In this document: positions 12,836-26,694 of the stretch, one piece after another | Numbering within the stretch: position 1 is the first letter of the stretch | Layout: every line of letters starts with the position of its first letter | From: Squalus acanthias | Lineage: Eukaryota | Assembly (NCBI GenBank): GCA_030390025.1 | Contig: CM059432.1 | Span: 67,148,001 to 67,212,000, forward strand | Length of the DNA: 64,000 nucleotides | Direction of reading: 5' to 3' | Notes under the pieces: model-generated | What the model was told of the DNA's origin: nothing | Database searches by the model: none | The model's input: only the letters and a program-made list of their open reading frames with translations | Program-made: the position numbers and the translations under genes

Positions 12836-13697
12836 CGGACTGATCGTAGAAATTACAGCACAGAGGGAGAACATTCAGCCTAACACTTGTGCTTCAACAC
12901 TAGCTCTTCAACTTAAAACATACAACTAAAAAGGGAGAGTGTCTAAACGCGCATTAGATTTAAGGGGACAATATCCCCATGTGCCTCCCCCTCCCCAAAC
13001 ATATGAACAGACTATGCTGTGATGTGGATATGGATAAAGATAAACAAGGGGAAGCTAGGTAAGTATACAAGGGAGACATGAATAGAAGGATATGTTGATC
13101 AGGTTAGATGAAGTAGGGTGGGAGACTAGTGTGAAGCATAAAGACACTGGCGTAAACCAGTTGAGCCAAATGGCTTGTTTCTGTGCTGTAAATTATATGC
13201 AAATAATCAAGGTCCAAGCACACCAGACCAGAGAGACAAAGGAAGGAACTTTTTAGGTAAGGAATCAACTATGATCACAGCACAAGACCATGCAGAAGGC
13301 AGGCAAATAACATTCATCATTCAATCACCTTTAAATACAAACAAATTAGCCCCATGTACTATAATAGTGGGCAACTTTGACAGTTTTGAGGCCAGAGTGG
13401 ATTAGAGAAATACCTGTCACAATCAGATAGTAGCACTTGTTCATCACTGATTGATCCACTTGTGACCAGAGGACTTCCACTACCCATGTTGTTGTCTTAC
13501 AGTCAAAGATACATCTCTGAAATTGTTGCCACTGGATATTCTCATATTAAATCTGTAAGTGGTTAACTGCAATAAGTGGCACCTAAATCCTTAGAGTAAG
13601 ACAATAGTCCTCGAGAAGCAATGATTGCAAATAAAGTACAGTCATAGAATCACAGAAATTTCAACGAAGAATATTTAGCCCATCACATTTATTTCTG

Positions 13698-13982
13698 TAA
13701 TAAAAACAGAAAATTCTGGAAATACTCAGCACGTCAGGTAGCATCTGTTGAGAGAGAAAAACAAGAGTTAACATTTCAGGTCAGAACTGACTTTCCGACA
13801 AAAGGTCACTGACCTGAAAAGTTAACTGTTTTTCTCGCTTCACAGATGGGCAATAAATGCTGGCCTTGCCAGCGATGCCCACATCCCATGAACAAATAAA
13901 AAAAAGATGCTGCCTGACCTGAGTATTTCCAGCATTTTCTGTTTTTATTAGACTTCCAGCATCTGCAGTATTTTGCTTTTGT
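13698..13982. mobile_element. Old inverted pair of family A pLTRs with a LINE tail inserted
   Basis: 13698-13790 is the inverse of 13795-13982; hammerhead cores degenerate; LINE 3' tail ggcaataaatgctggcc...polyA inserted at agatg. Confidence 0.75.
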
Positions 13983-15384
13983 ACATTTATTTCTGTGCTA
14001 GTTCCATACTCTAATTCCATTTTCCTGCTCTTTCCTTGTACCCTACAAGAATTTTCTTGCCCTACTGATTGTTCTAATTTACTCATCTTCAAGTTAGTTG
14101 TAGTAAAACATTTCATATTCTAATAAACCTTTGCATGAAAAAAAAGTCAAGCCTCCTGCTTTGTACTTCTAGCCCTAAGTTACTGATCAACTGATAATAG
14201 GATGTTATCCAAAATAAGTTAAAGCAATTACAAAGGACCAAAAAGACAAAACCTTTTCCTATTTTCCATTGATTGGAAGACTATGGAGAACATATTAAGT
14301 AGCAGTAAAATCAAATCAAAAATATACCCAGTAAAGAAAGGTGATTTTCCTGTTGTATGACACAAATTCCTACTTGTATATTGAGGCTAAACACTCCACA
14401 AGTCTGATGAAAAACCAAGTATTTTAAAGTAATTTACTGGAAGCTTCTTCTCAAGAGTATACATGAAATACTGAACAATTCAAAATGTAACTTTTTCCAA
14501 AAACAATGTCCAAGAATAAATAACACCAGAAGTTTGTGGCTACACCATGGCACATTTTTTTCCTAAAGTCAGTATACTTAATGTATTCCAATATTATTCT
14601 GAAAAGGTCAAAATTTAATTATTTTGCAATCTACTGACTTTTCCCTACAAAGTGATTATTAAAAACTATGTTTGACAGGTAACACTTCCAATAAGTAAAC
14701 TCGGAGGCCTAAATTGCTCCGCAGGTGAATCAATCCTTTCCCATCCTAGGGGTGGCACTTCTAACAGTGTACCACTTCCTCGGTACTGGACTGGAGACAG
14801 TCTAAGTTATGACCTCAAGTACTGTTGTGATGCACAAACACACAACCTTCCGCCCCGATGGAAGAATACTTCCAATGGAGTCAACTTGACACTTAAAAGA
14901 CAGTACTCAAGTTATCTTACATGAAACATATTCAGCCTTAAGAATATAAGCTTAACAAGAAAACAATTTTGAAATTCACCTGTTGCTCAGGACACTTAAA
15001 AAAAGACACATTCCACCAGGAATGCTTTGGAGCTATTTCTCCTTCCAGATTAAAAATTATATTTCAACCAGAGACAGAGACTTTAATGACCCCGAGTTAC
15101 AAGACAAATTTTAATAAAGGGAATTTCCATCTTTGGAAAACAATAAAAATTATAATTTCAATCCCTCACTTCAGTATCCCAAACACTGTGAAAGTGTAAA
15201 ACTAGCAGGTCCCATCAAGAGAACATCCATAGTTAAGTATTGTAAGTCATATATAACTTTTTAAAACAAGTTTGGAATAGTTTTACACAAAGGAACTAAG
15301 TCGAGGCCATTATAATCCTGGATCGTTTCACATTATAATTAAACAAAGCTACAAGCTCGTGCAACATTCAACTGTGCAAGTTAC

Positions 15385-15488
15385 CTGAGGAAAGGCTGAA
15401 CTTCTGAAGGACAGCAGGACTGCAGAAACTGCAGGTCAGCTAAGGATATATCAGGAAGCTCAAAGTCAAACTTCCGAGGCTTGTGTGT
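15385..15488 (-). CDS. RB1CC1: RB1CC1 coding exon (~exon 13), 104 nt
   Basis: ttgcag|THKPRKFDFELPDISLADLQFLQSCCPSEVQPFL+AG|GTAACT. Confidence 0.96.
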
Positions 15489-15595
15489 CTGCAACAATAA
15501 AAGTTAACAATTTAATGCTGTTGCTGCAAAATATACTTAACACATCATGGACTGATTTAATGGTTTCTCATTTATCTAATTGTTTAGGTGGAAAA

Positions 15596-17580
15596 AACAG
15601 GAGCAGGAGTAGGCCATTCGGCCCCTCGAGCCTGCTTCACCATTCAATAAGATCATGGCTGATCTGATCTTGGCCTCAACTCCACTTTCCTGCCCGCTCC
15701 CCATAACCCTCGATTTCCCCTGTTTTTCAATCTGTCGATCTCCGCCTTGAATATATTCAATGACTCAGCCTCCACAGCTCTTTGGGGTAGAGAATTCCAA
15801 AGATTCACGACCCTCAGAAGAAATTCCTCCTCATCGGGTTACGGAGAGAAGGCGGGGACGGGATACTGAATTGGAGGATCAGCCATGATCTCATTAAATG
15901 GCGGAGCAGGCTCGAAGGGCCGGATGGCCTACTCCTGCTCCTATCTTCTATGTATCTATGTATCTCAGTTTTAAGTTGGCGACCCCTTATTCTGAAACTA
16001 TGCCCTCTAGTTCTAGATTCCCCCACGAGGGGAAACATCCTCCCTGCATCTACCCTGTCAAGCCCCCTCAAAATCTTATATGTTTCAATATGATCACCTC
16101 TCATTCTTCTAAACTCCAATGAGTATAGGCCCAACCTGCTCAACCTTTCCTCATAAGACAACCCCTTCAACTCAGGAATCAACCTAGTGAACCTTCTATG
16201 AACTGCCTCCAATGCAAGTACTGTATATCCTTCCTTAAATAAGGAGACCAAAACTGTATGCAGTACGCCAGGTGTGATCTCACCAACACCCTGTACAGTT
16301 GTAGCAAGGCTTCCCTACTTTTATACTTCATCTCCCTTGCAATAAAGGCCAATATTCCATTTGCCTTCCTAATTACTTGCTGTATCTCCATGCTGACTTT
16401 TTGTGTTTCATGTACGAGGACACCCAGATCCCTCTGTACTGCAGCATTCTGTAGTCTCTCTCCATTTAAATAATATTTTGCTTTTTCATTCTTCCTATCA
16501 AAGTGGATAACCTCACATTTTCCCACATTATACTCCATCTGCCAAATTTTTGCACAGTTAACCTATCTATACCTCTTTGTGTACTCCTCACAACTTGCTT
16601 TCTCACCTATCTTTGTATCATCAGCAAATTTGGCTACATTACACTCGATCCCTTCATCCAAGTCATTAATATAGATTGTAAATAGTTGAGGCCCCAGCAC
16701 TGATCCTTGTGGCAACCCACTAGTTACATTTTGCCAACCTGACAATGACCCATTTATTCCGACTCACTGTTTTCTGTTAGTTAGCCAATCCTCTATCCAA
16801 TCTAATACATTACCCCCAACACTGCGAGCTCTTATCTTGTGCAGTAACCTTTTATGCGGCACTTTATCGAATGCCTTCTGGAAATCCAAATACACAACAT
16901 CTACTGGTTCCCCTTTACCCACCCCGCTCGTTACATCCTTAAAGAACTCTAGTGAATTTGTCAAACACGACTTCCCTTTCATAAAGCCATGTTGACTCTG
17001 CTTGACTGTATTATGATTTTCTAAATGTCCTGCTATTATTTCCTTCATAATGGATTTCAGCATTTTCCCAATGACAGACATTAGGCTAACTGCCTTATAG
17101 TTTCCTGCTTTCTGTCTCCTTCCTTTCTTGAATAGGGGAGTGACATTTGCAGTTTTCCAATCTGCTGGGACCTCTCCAGAATCCAGGGAATTTTGGTAGA
17201 TTACAACCAATGCATACACTATATCTGCAGCCACTTCTTTTAAAACCCTAGGATGCAGGCCATCAGGTCCAGGGGACTTGTCAGCCTTTAGTCCCATTAG
17301 TTTGCCTAGTACTTTTTCTCTTGTGCTAGTGATTGTTTTAAGTTCCTCCCTCCCTATAGCCCCTTGATTATCAATTATTATTGGGATGCTTTTAGTGTCT
17401 TCTACCGTGAAGACCGATACAAAATATTTGTTCAAAGTCTCTGCCATTTCCCTGTTTCCCATTATTAATTCCCCAGTCACATCCTCTAAGGGACCAACGT
17501 TTACTTTAGCTACTCTCTTCCTTTTTTATATACCTGTAGAAGCTCTTATTGTCTGTTTTTATATTTATTGCTAGTTTCTC
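15596..17580 (-). mobile_element. CR1 LINE, 5'-truncated (RT to 3' end), with an opposite-strand CR1 tail inserted at ~15836-15961
   Basis: ORFs with [43 protein letters not shown]. Confidence 0.93.
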
Positions 17581-17882
17581 AATCTAGAAGTGGGACTCAT
17601 TCTCTATCAAGTCCTAGAATTGGCTTAATTAATGCTTTGAAAATGACAATTCAGAAGGCAGTTACATCTTCATGCAATTTCCACTTTGTGACAAAAGATG
17701 AACAGCAGAACTGTAGCCCAACCGGTGGCAGTTCAACACTTCGGTTAGGTGTGAGCCTACCAGGGAGAGGTAGTCCCATACTTTGGCTTTGCAATGGTTG
17801 CATTCAAGCTTCCTACAATAAATAGCTGACTATCCTACATTATCACCATCACTGGTAGTCAGAGGCTGGCGACAACAGTCTA

Positions 17883-18606
17883 CATAAGAACATAAGAAAT
17901 AGGAGCAGAGGTAGGCCATACGGCCCTTCGAGCCTGCTCCACCATTCAATAAGATCATGGCTGATCGTCGACCTCAACTCCATTTTCTTGCCCGATCTCC
18001 ATATCCCTTGATTCCCCTAGAGTCTAAAAATCTATCTAGCTCAGCCTTGAATATACTGAAAGACTCAGCATTCACAGCCCTCTGGGGCAGAGAACTCCAA
18101 AGATTCACAACCCTCTGAGTGAAGAAATTCCTCCTCATCTCAGTCTTAAATGGCCTACCCCTTATTCTGAGACAATGCCCCCTAGATCTAGACACTCCAG
18201 CCAGGGGAAACAACCTCTCAGCATCTACCCTGTCAATTCCCTTCAGAATCTTGTATGTTTCAATGAGATAACCCCTCATTCTTCTAAACGTGAGTATAGG
18301 CCCATTCTGCACAATCTATCATAGGACAGCCCTCTCATCCCAGGAATCAATCTAGTGAACCTTTGTTGCACCGCCTCTAAGGCAAGTATATCCTTCCTTA
18401 GATAAGGAGACCCAAAACTGTGCACAGTACTCCAGGTGTGGTCTCACCAAGGCCCTGTATAATTGTAGCAAGACTTCCTTACTCTTATACTCCAACCCTC
18501 TTGTAATAAAGGCCAACATGCCATTTGCCTTCCTTATTACTTGCTGTACCTGCATACTGTACTAGCTCTGTTTCTTGCACGAGGACACCCAAATCTCTGA
18601 ACACCA
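17883..18606 (-). mobile_element. CR1 LINE 3' fragment
   Basis: LYRALVRPHLEYCAQFW; FFTQRVVNLW; tail (ttcttatg)n. Confidence 0.9.
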
Positions 18607-19439
18607 ACATTGTCTGCATCAAGTATGCATGCAGAAAGCTCAGTTTGCCCTCGATGGCAAACAGTGCACAAGGGCATGGTAGCTCAGGATCATCTGCTCA
18701 ACACCCAAAAAACAGGCTCTGGAATTAAAACCAGTACCGGTGGCATCAAGAATTCAATGTTACTAGCACTATTATAAATTTTCAATTCCACAACAAATTA
18801 GTACTGCAAAAAATATATTTTAATATCAGTAGTTTAGGAAGGAATTGTAGCCTGAGGAGGGCCTTGTCCTGTCTGTTAGCACTGAGAATTTATATTATGT
18901 TTAATAAAAAAAACTAACCATTTTCACAGGCTCCATAAGAAGCTGCTTATTGTGACCATAACAAATACAATTTCTAACTCTGGACCCTGCTATAAAGAAT
19001 GTGTGTGACTGGACAAAATCTTCAAGCCAGAGGAAATAAAGCCTGTTTTTATAACAGATCGGATTAAAATACAAGTGTAGTCTCACAGATTATACTTGCT
19101 GGCAAGCCAGTTCAACTCATACTCATGATCAGGACCTACGCAACTCATTGGTTCACAGCTGAAGGAGAGTTCTATTCACTCTCGAAATGAATTCATAAAC
19201 AGACATACATTTTACAAAACAAAAGCTTTTCTTGCAAAGTTAAACAGCTGAGAAAAATTAAGTTTTCAATTACATGAGCAATTTTCTTTTAAATAATCAT
19301 AACCTTATAGGGAGCGTTCAGAAGCTTATGATTCAAACACTTTATAAAAAACCACAGTAAACCTCTTACTGCACAAGTTCAATGTTTTAAAATATTCTGG
19401 AAAATTTAATACATTGTTCAAACAAAAATTTATACGTAC

Positions 19440-19504
19440 ACAAAAAGATGATGGTGGCCAAGAGTCAAGCCCCTTAAACAAGCGATTTCTAAGAAATGAC
19501 CTTC
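19440..19504 (-). CDS. RB1CC1: RB1CC1 coding exon (~exon 12), 65 nt
   Basis: ccccacag|GA RSFLRNRLFKGLDSWPPSSFC|GTACGT; keeps frame with both neighbouring exons. Confidence 0.94.
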
Positions 19505-20111
19505 CTGTGGGGGGAGAAACCTCAGTATAAATATACAGTTGGCAGACTTAAACTCTTGAAATTTTACATAAGTTATTTGAAACAAAAACATTTCTAGAAA
19601 AGTGAACAAAGAGATCCCCTGATGGCTCAGTTAGATAAGACAGTGATGGGCGAGCCAGACCAGGAAGGTCTCTGCTTCAATTATAGTTTATGCTGAGTAG
19701 TAGAGCCACTCAATTAGTCACAGCACCACTAGGTTAGAAAGAGGGTGGAAAAAGGGTCAGCCAAGTTTCCTGCTTCTGATCATTATTCAGCAATACCTGC
19801 TGGAAGTGTATGTTGGGTGAAGGCAGGACCAGGCTTGGTTACAACATCCTTCAGATGAAGAGACTTCAGACACAGTCAGGGTTCATACAAAAAATGACCA
19901 CTTGGGCAAGGTAACACAGAGGGCAGAGTTCGTGAAACGTTTTCCTAAGTTAATGTCCTCAGAAGAGGTAGAGGGGAGAAAATTTACAACAAAAAGTAAT
20001 GTGATCAGTGTTCAGCATCCTCTAACATGCTCAGGCACATGCTGCCCTTTGTCTATATTATCCACAAGCATAGGATCAGCTTTTATATGCATTTTACATA
20101 CGAACATACTG

Positions 20112-23100
20112 CAGGAGTAGGCCACTCGGCCCTTCGAGCCTGCTCCGCCATTCAATAAGATCATGGCTGATCCGATTACTCCACATTCCCGCCTACCCCC
20201 GATAACTTTTTACCTCCTTGCTTACCAAGAATCTGTCTACCTCTGCCTTAAAAATATTCAAAGACTCTGCTTCCACCGCCCTCTGAGGAAGAGAGTTCCA
20301 AAGACTCACGATCCTGAGAAAAAATGTCTCCTCATCTCTGTCTTAAATGGGCGACCCCTTATTTTTAAACAGTGACCCCTAGTTCTAGATTCTCCCACAA
20401 GAGGAAACATCCTCTCCACATCCACCCTGTCCAGACCCCTCAGGATCTTGTATGTTTCAATCAAGTCACCTCTTACTCTTCTAAACTCCAGCAGATACAA
20501 GTCTAGCCTGTCCAACCTTTCCTCATAAGACAACCCGCCCATTCCAGGTATTAGTCTAGTAAACCTTCTCTGAACTGCTTCCAACGCATTTACATCCTTC
20601 CTTAAATAAGGAGACCAATACTGTACACAGTACTCCAGATGTGGTCTCACCAACGCCCTGTATAACTGAAGCATAACCTCCCTACTTTTGTATTCAATTC
20701 CCCTCGCAATAAACAATAACATTCTATTAGCTTTCCTAATTACTTGCTGTACCTGCATACTAACCTTTTGCGATTCATGCACTAGAACACCCAGATCCTT
20801 CTGTATCTCAGAGCTCTGCAATCTCACCATTTGGATAATATGCTTCTTTTTTATTCTTCCTGCCAAAATGGACAACTTCACATTTTCCCACATTATACTC
20901 CATTTGCCAGATCTTTGCCCACTCACTTAATTTATCTATATCCCTTTGTAGCCTCATGTCCTCTTCACAATTTACTTTCCTACCTATCTTTGTGTCATCA
21001 GCAAATTTAGCAACCATACCTTCGGTCCCTTCATCCAAGTCATTTATATAAATTGTAAAAAGTTGAGGCCCCAGCATTGATCCCTGTGGCACACCACTCG
21101 TTACATCTTGCCAATCAGAAAGTGACCCATTTATGCCTACTCTGTTTCCTGTTAGCTAGCAAATCTTCTATCCATGCCAATATGTTACCCCCTACACCAT
21201 GAGCTTTTATTTTCCGCAATAACCTTTGATGTGGCACCTTATCAAATGCCTTCTGGAAATCTAAGTACAGTACATCCACCGGTTCCCCTTTATCCACAGC
21301 ACATGTTACTTCCTCAAAGAACTCCAATAAATTGGTTAAACATGATTTCCCTTGCACAAAACCATGTTGACTCTGCCTGATTACTTTGAACTTTTCTAAA
21401 TGCCCTGCTATAACATCTTTAATAATAGCTTCTGACATCTTCCCTATGACAGATGTTAAGCTAACTGGCCTGTAGTTTCCTGCTTTCTGTCTCCCTCCCT
21501 TTTTGAAAAAAGGAGTTACATTTGCTATTTTCCAATCTAATTGAACCTTCCCCAAATCTAGGGAATTTTAGAAAATTAAAACCAACGCATCAACTATCTC
21601 ACTAGCCACTTCTTTTAAGACCCTAGGATGAAGTCCATCAACACGGAGACTTGTCAGCCCGCAGCTCCAATAATTTGCTTAGTACCACTTCCCTGGCGAT
21701 TATAGTTTTCTTGAATTCCTCCCTCCCTTCCATTTCCTGATTTACAGCTATTTCTGGGATGTTACTTGTATCCTCTATAGTGAAGACCGATGCAAAATAC
21801 CTGTTCAAGTCAACTGCCATCTCCTTATTTTCCATTATTAATTCCCCAGACTCACTTTTTATAGGACCAACGCTCACGTTGTTAACTCTTTTTAAAATAT
21901 CCATAGAAACTCTTACTATCTGTTTTTAATATTTCTAGCTAGCTTTCTCTCGTACTCTAATTTTTCTCTCCTTATTAATCTTTTAGTCATTCTTTGCTGT
22001 TTTTTATATTCTGTCCAATCTTCTGACCTGCCACCCATCTTTGTGCAATTATATGCTTTTTCTTGAAGTTTAATATTATCTTTAACTTTTTTAGTTAACC
22101 ACGGATGGTGGGTCCTGCCCTTGGAATATTTCTTTCTTGTTGGAATGTATATATTCTGTGTATTTTGAAATATCCCCTTTAATGTCTGCCACTGCAACTC
22201 TATTGACCTATCCCTCAACCTAATTTGCCAGTTCACTTTAGCTAGCTCTGCTTTCATGCCCTCATAACTGCCCTTAAAGTTTAAAATACTAGTCTTGGAC
22301 CCACTCCTCTCTCTCTCAAACTGAATGTAAAATTCAATCATATTATGATCGCTGCTACCTAGGGGCGCCTTCACTATGAGGTAATTAATTAATCCTATCT
22401 CGTTGCACAATACCAGGTCTAGTATAGCCTGCTCTCTGGTTGGCTCCAGAACGTGCTGTTGTAAGAAATTATCCCGAAAACATTCCATGAACTCCTCATC
22501 TATGCTACCTTTGCCCATCTGATTTTTCCAGTCTATATGCAGATTAAAATCCCCCATGATTATTGCTGTACCCTTCTGACAAGCTCCCATTATTTCTTCC
22601 TTTATACTCCATCCTACCATGTGGTTACTGTTAAGGGGCCTGTACACCACGCCCACAAGTGACTTCTTGCCTTTATTATTTCTCATCTCTACCCAAACCG
22701 CTTCTACATCCTGGTGTCCTGAACTTAGGTCATCCCTCTCTATTGTGCTAATACCATCATTAATTAACAGAGCCACCCCACCTTCCTGTCCTTCCTAAAT
22801 GTCTTGTACCCTTCAATATTCAGGTCCCAATCTATGTCATCCTGCAGCCATGTTTCTGTAATGGCCATCAGATCATATTTATTTATTTCTATTTGCGCTA
22901 TCAGTTCATCTGTTTTGTTTCGAATGCTACGTGCATTCAGATGCAGAGTCTTTAGTTTTGTCCTTTTATTATTTTTGTAACCTCTAGCCTTATCTGTTGA
23001 TTTACTCTTAGATTTGTACGCTCTATCCCTTCCTGTCACGGTCTGTTTATCATTTCCCACATGAATACCTTTCTCTATTGCCTTGTCTGTAATCTTTGAA

Positions 23101-23365
23101 TTATCACATCTCCCAAGTTTGATCCCATGCCCCCAATATTTAGTTTAAAGCCCTCTCTACCGCCCTAGTTATACGACTCGCCAGAACACTGGTCCCAGCA
23201 CGGTTCAGGTGAAGACCATCCCAACGATACAGATCCCACTTTCCCCAGTACTGGTGCCAGTGCCCCAGGAATTGAAACCCATTTCTCCCACATCAGTCTT
23301 TGAGCCACGCATTCATCGCTCTAATTTTATTTACCGTATGCCAATTTGCTCGTGGCTCAGGGAAT
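20112..23365 (-). mobile_element. CR1 LINE: end of ORF1 plus complete but frameshifted ORF2 (APE+RT)
   Basis: LNARSIRNK, ITETWL, MGDFN, SSDHN, LDFQKAFD, FADD motifs in successive minus-strand ORFs. Confidence 0.95.
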
Positions 23366-23589
23366 AATGCAGCGACCACTGTTACTGTGCAACTGTCTGT
23401 CCGATATCAAACCATGGATGAGCCTGAATTTCCTCCAGGGACAGACTGGCAAGACCACGCCCATCTGTTTCGTTCTCATTCAAAAAAAATCCCCGCTGAG
23501 GCCATACCATTCCAGCACCAGTTAATCTTAATCCAAAAGTGTATAACCGTTGTACTCTGCTTGAGCACGAACTGAACTTCAAACCCCAC

Positions 23590-24065
23590 AGAAACATGAC
23601 TCACTTCAGTCTCTACTTCACCTGGATCACCCATACTGCCAATGAAACCCATATTTACTCATTTTAACTTACCAATAGACTTGAATCCCTCTCCCAACCT
23701 CTATTCTGCAAAAACTCCAACATCATCCGGTTAGGATGTGGAATTCTGGAACATATCCCAGTCTCTATTACTGACCGCCACCTGGCTCACCAGCATTCTA
23801 ATCATTGCTCTCGTTTAAAAATCCCTCCTAGCAGTCCTCAACTCTACCACTGCAATACTGTTCAGTGCCATGGCACAGCGTGCACCTTGCACTCTTGATT
23901 TGGACTCCAAAGCATCCTCCCTCCCTTCAATCCACCATGAGTGACAGAAACTCCAGCACTTCGGAAATTCTCTCCCTAAACCAGTCTGCCTTGCTACATC
24001 TCTCTCCACCATCAACCACAGTTCAATCACCTTCTTTAACCTTCTCTCTATTCCTGCTTGGTATC
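23590..24065 (+). mobile_element. Old L2-like LINE fragment
   Basis: Pyrimidine-rich L2-like 3' sequence (aaaactccaa...ctggctc...tttaaaatcc...ctccctaaacc). Confidence 0.45.
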
Positions 24066-24125
24066 TAACAACAATATATCACCTTTAATATAACAAAACG
24101 TCCAAAGCCGCTTCACGGGAGGAAA

Positions 24126-25310
24126 TGGGGGGGGCGCGCGCGGAGAGAGGGGCGAGGGGGGGGAGGGAGAGAGAGAGAGAGAGCGCGCGCGAGAGGGAGG
24201 GGGCGGAGAGAGAGGGGGCAGAGAGGGAGCGAGAGAGGGGGGCCGAGAGGGAGGGAGAGACGGGGAGTGACAGGGAGAGGGAGCGACAGAGGGAGCAACA
24301 GGGAGAGGGAGCAGGAGAGGGAGCGACAGGGAGCAGGAGAGGGAAGGGGAGCTCGAGAGGGAGAGGGGGAGAGGGGGAGAGGGGGAGAGGGGGAGAGGGG
24401 GAGGGGGAGGGGGAGGGGGNNNNNNNNNNNNNNNNNNNNNNNNNNNNNNNNNNNNNNNNNNNNNNNNNNNNNNNNNNNNNNNNNNNNNNNNNNNNNNNNN
24501 NNNNNNNNNNNNNNNNNNNNNNNNNNNNNNNNNNNNNNNNNNNNNNNNNNNNNNNNNNNNNNNNNNNNNNNNNNNNNNNNNNNNNNNNNNNNNNNNNNNN
24601 NNNNNNNNNNNNNNNNNNNNNNNNNNNNNNNNNNNNNNNNNNNNNNNNNNNNNNNNNNNNNNNNNNNNNNNNNNNNNNNNNNNNNNNNNNNNNNNNNNNN
24701 NNNNNNNNNNNNNNNNNNNNNNNNNNNNNNNNNNNNNNNNNNNNNNNNNNNNNNNNNNNNNNNNNNNNNNNNNNNNNNNNNNNNNNNNNNNNNNNNNNNN
24801 NNNNNNNNNNNNNNNNNNNNNNNNNNNNNNNNNNNNNNNNNNNNNNNNNNNNNNNNNNNNNNNNNNNNNNNNNNNNNNNNNNNNNNNNNNNNNNNNNNNN
24901 NNNNNNNNNNNNNNNNNNNGAGAGAGAGAGACACAGAGAGAGAGAGACAGAGAGAGACACAGAGAGAGAGAGACACAGAGAGACACAGAGAGACACAGAG
25001 AGAGAGAGACACAGAGAGAGAGAGACACAGAGAGAGAGAGACACAGAGAGAGAGAGACACAGAGAGAGAGAGACACAGAGAGAGAGAGACACAGAGAGAG
25101 AGAGACACAGAGAGAGAGAGACACAGAGAGAGAGAGACACAGAGAGAGAGAGACACAGAGAGAGAGAGACACAGAGAGAGAGACACAGAGAGAGAGACCA
25201 GAGAGAGAGAGACAGAGAGAGAGAGACACAGAGAGAGAGAGACACAGAGAGAGAGAGACACAGAGAGAGAGACACAGAGAGAGAGAGACACAGAGAGAGA
25301 GACAGACAGA
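24126..25310. repeat. G/GA-rich simple repeats flanking a 500-N assembly gap (24420-24919)
   Basis: Direct reading; right side is GACACA(GA)n units. Confidence 0.95.
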
Positions 25311-26694
25311 GTAGAGGGTCAGTTCATGGCGACTGCGTGGCGGCACACTTTGGAGCAACAGAGGTGGAGGCACAGCACATGTACAATGGCCGCTGGAAGG
25401 TGGCTAAAACAAACAAGTTTAGGCCCCCGGTGAAACAAAAATTAGTATTAAAAAATTCAGAAAATCGTTTAAAGCCGGAAAAAAATACGGGAAAGTGATG
25501 TTGAATGTCCCGTGGTAAGTTCCAGTTAAATATTGGCAGGAGTTGTCCCCTTTTTGAAAAAGTCTATCAGGGTTATTTAAATCATGAGGGGAAAAAGTTT
25601 GTGCCCCCGTTTGTACCTCAGTCTGAGCGAGATGGAGGGAACGGCAGCAGAAAAAGAGGAAACAACTTCTCCAAAACTGATCCCAACTCATCGCCAAGGC
25701 TGGGGATAGATAACCTCATCGCCTTCTTAGGGAGTTTAACCACTTTATTCACTTTCTTATTTGAGCACCGTTTGGCATTAGAGTTTATTTTATTCTTTTT
25801 TGTTGTATGTTAACAACAGCGTTGAAGAGGGAAAGAGAAACTTGGAACAACTTCTGCCAAAGTTGCAACGAGACTTGAAAGAATTTAAAGATTTTTAATG
25901 AACTTTTCACAAAATGTGTTAAAAAAACTTTTTCCCCCTAAGTTTCAAATATGATTTTGGAAGAGACAAAACAAAAATCAATTTTCCTCTCATCTAAACA
26001 AGTTTCAACCAGGTCTTGAAGTTCAAACGCTTTTAAAGAGGTTCTGAAATGTTGAAACCATGTTAAAATTGAAATTTCTCAATATTTGATTTTGAACGAT
26101 CAACTGAGGTGAGTAGCTTTACACAAATATGCAACCATGCAGTTGAAGAGGGGGAGGGTGGGGAGGATTTGTAGGAGTTACATATTTTTTAAAGTCAATA
26201 AAAAGTATTAAGACGTTTAGGAAGAGAACCAAAAAAGGGGGAAAACACAAACCATTTTATTTTGTCTGTCGTTCTATAGTCCTAATAAGTCCCAGGAATA
26301 ATGTAAATATAGATTTCTTCTTAAACGTTTAGTGGAGTGTTAATAGAAACACGAGTTATGTAATGATGTATAAAAATTGCAGGAAGCTACTTATTGAGAA
26401 AGACACAGAAAATACTTTGATTAAACTGATAATGTACAATATTGATTTGGTATAAATGTTTGAAATAGGAGATTAAAAATTAATACAAAGAAGTTCATTT
26501 TCCACTATTTAATTGGGAAGTACCTAAAATAATTCAACACTTTGTGATAAGAGCAGGGATTAATATTGTGGAGAATGTTTGAGAGAAAACCCATTAGAAG
26601 CAAAATTCATAAATTATTAGTAAAAATTTCTAAGTCAGTCTGATTTATTCTCCTATCCAGGAAGAAAGATGAATGTTTATTTCTGTTAAATCAT

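Noticed and set aside
19430..19440. Alternative donor GTATAA 4 nt downstream
   Set aside because: It would frameshift the next exon; GTACGT keeps the frame.
24048..25498. Long ORFs of 388-457 aa
   Set aside because: Translations of GA/CT simple repeats read through a 500-N gap.
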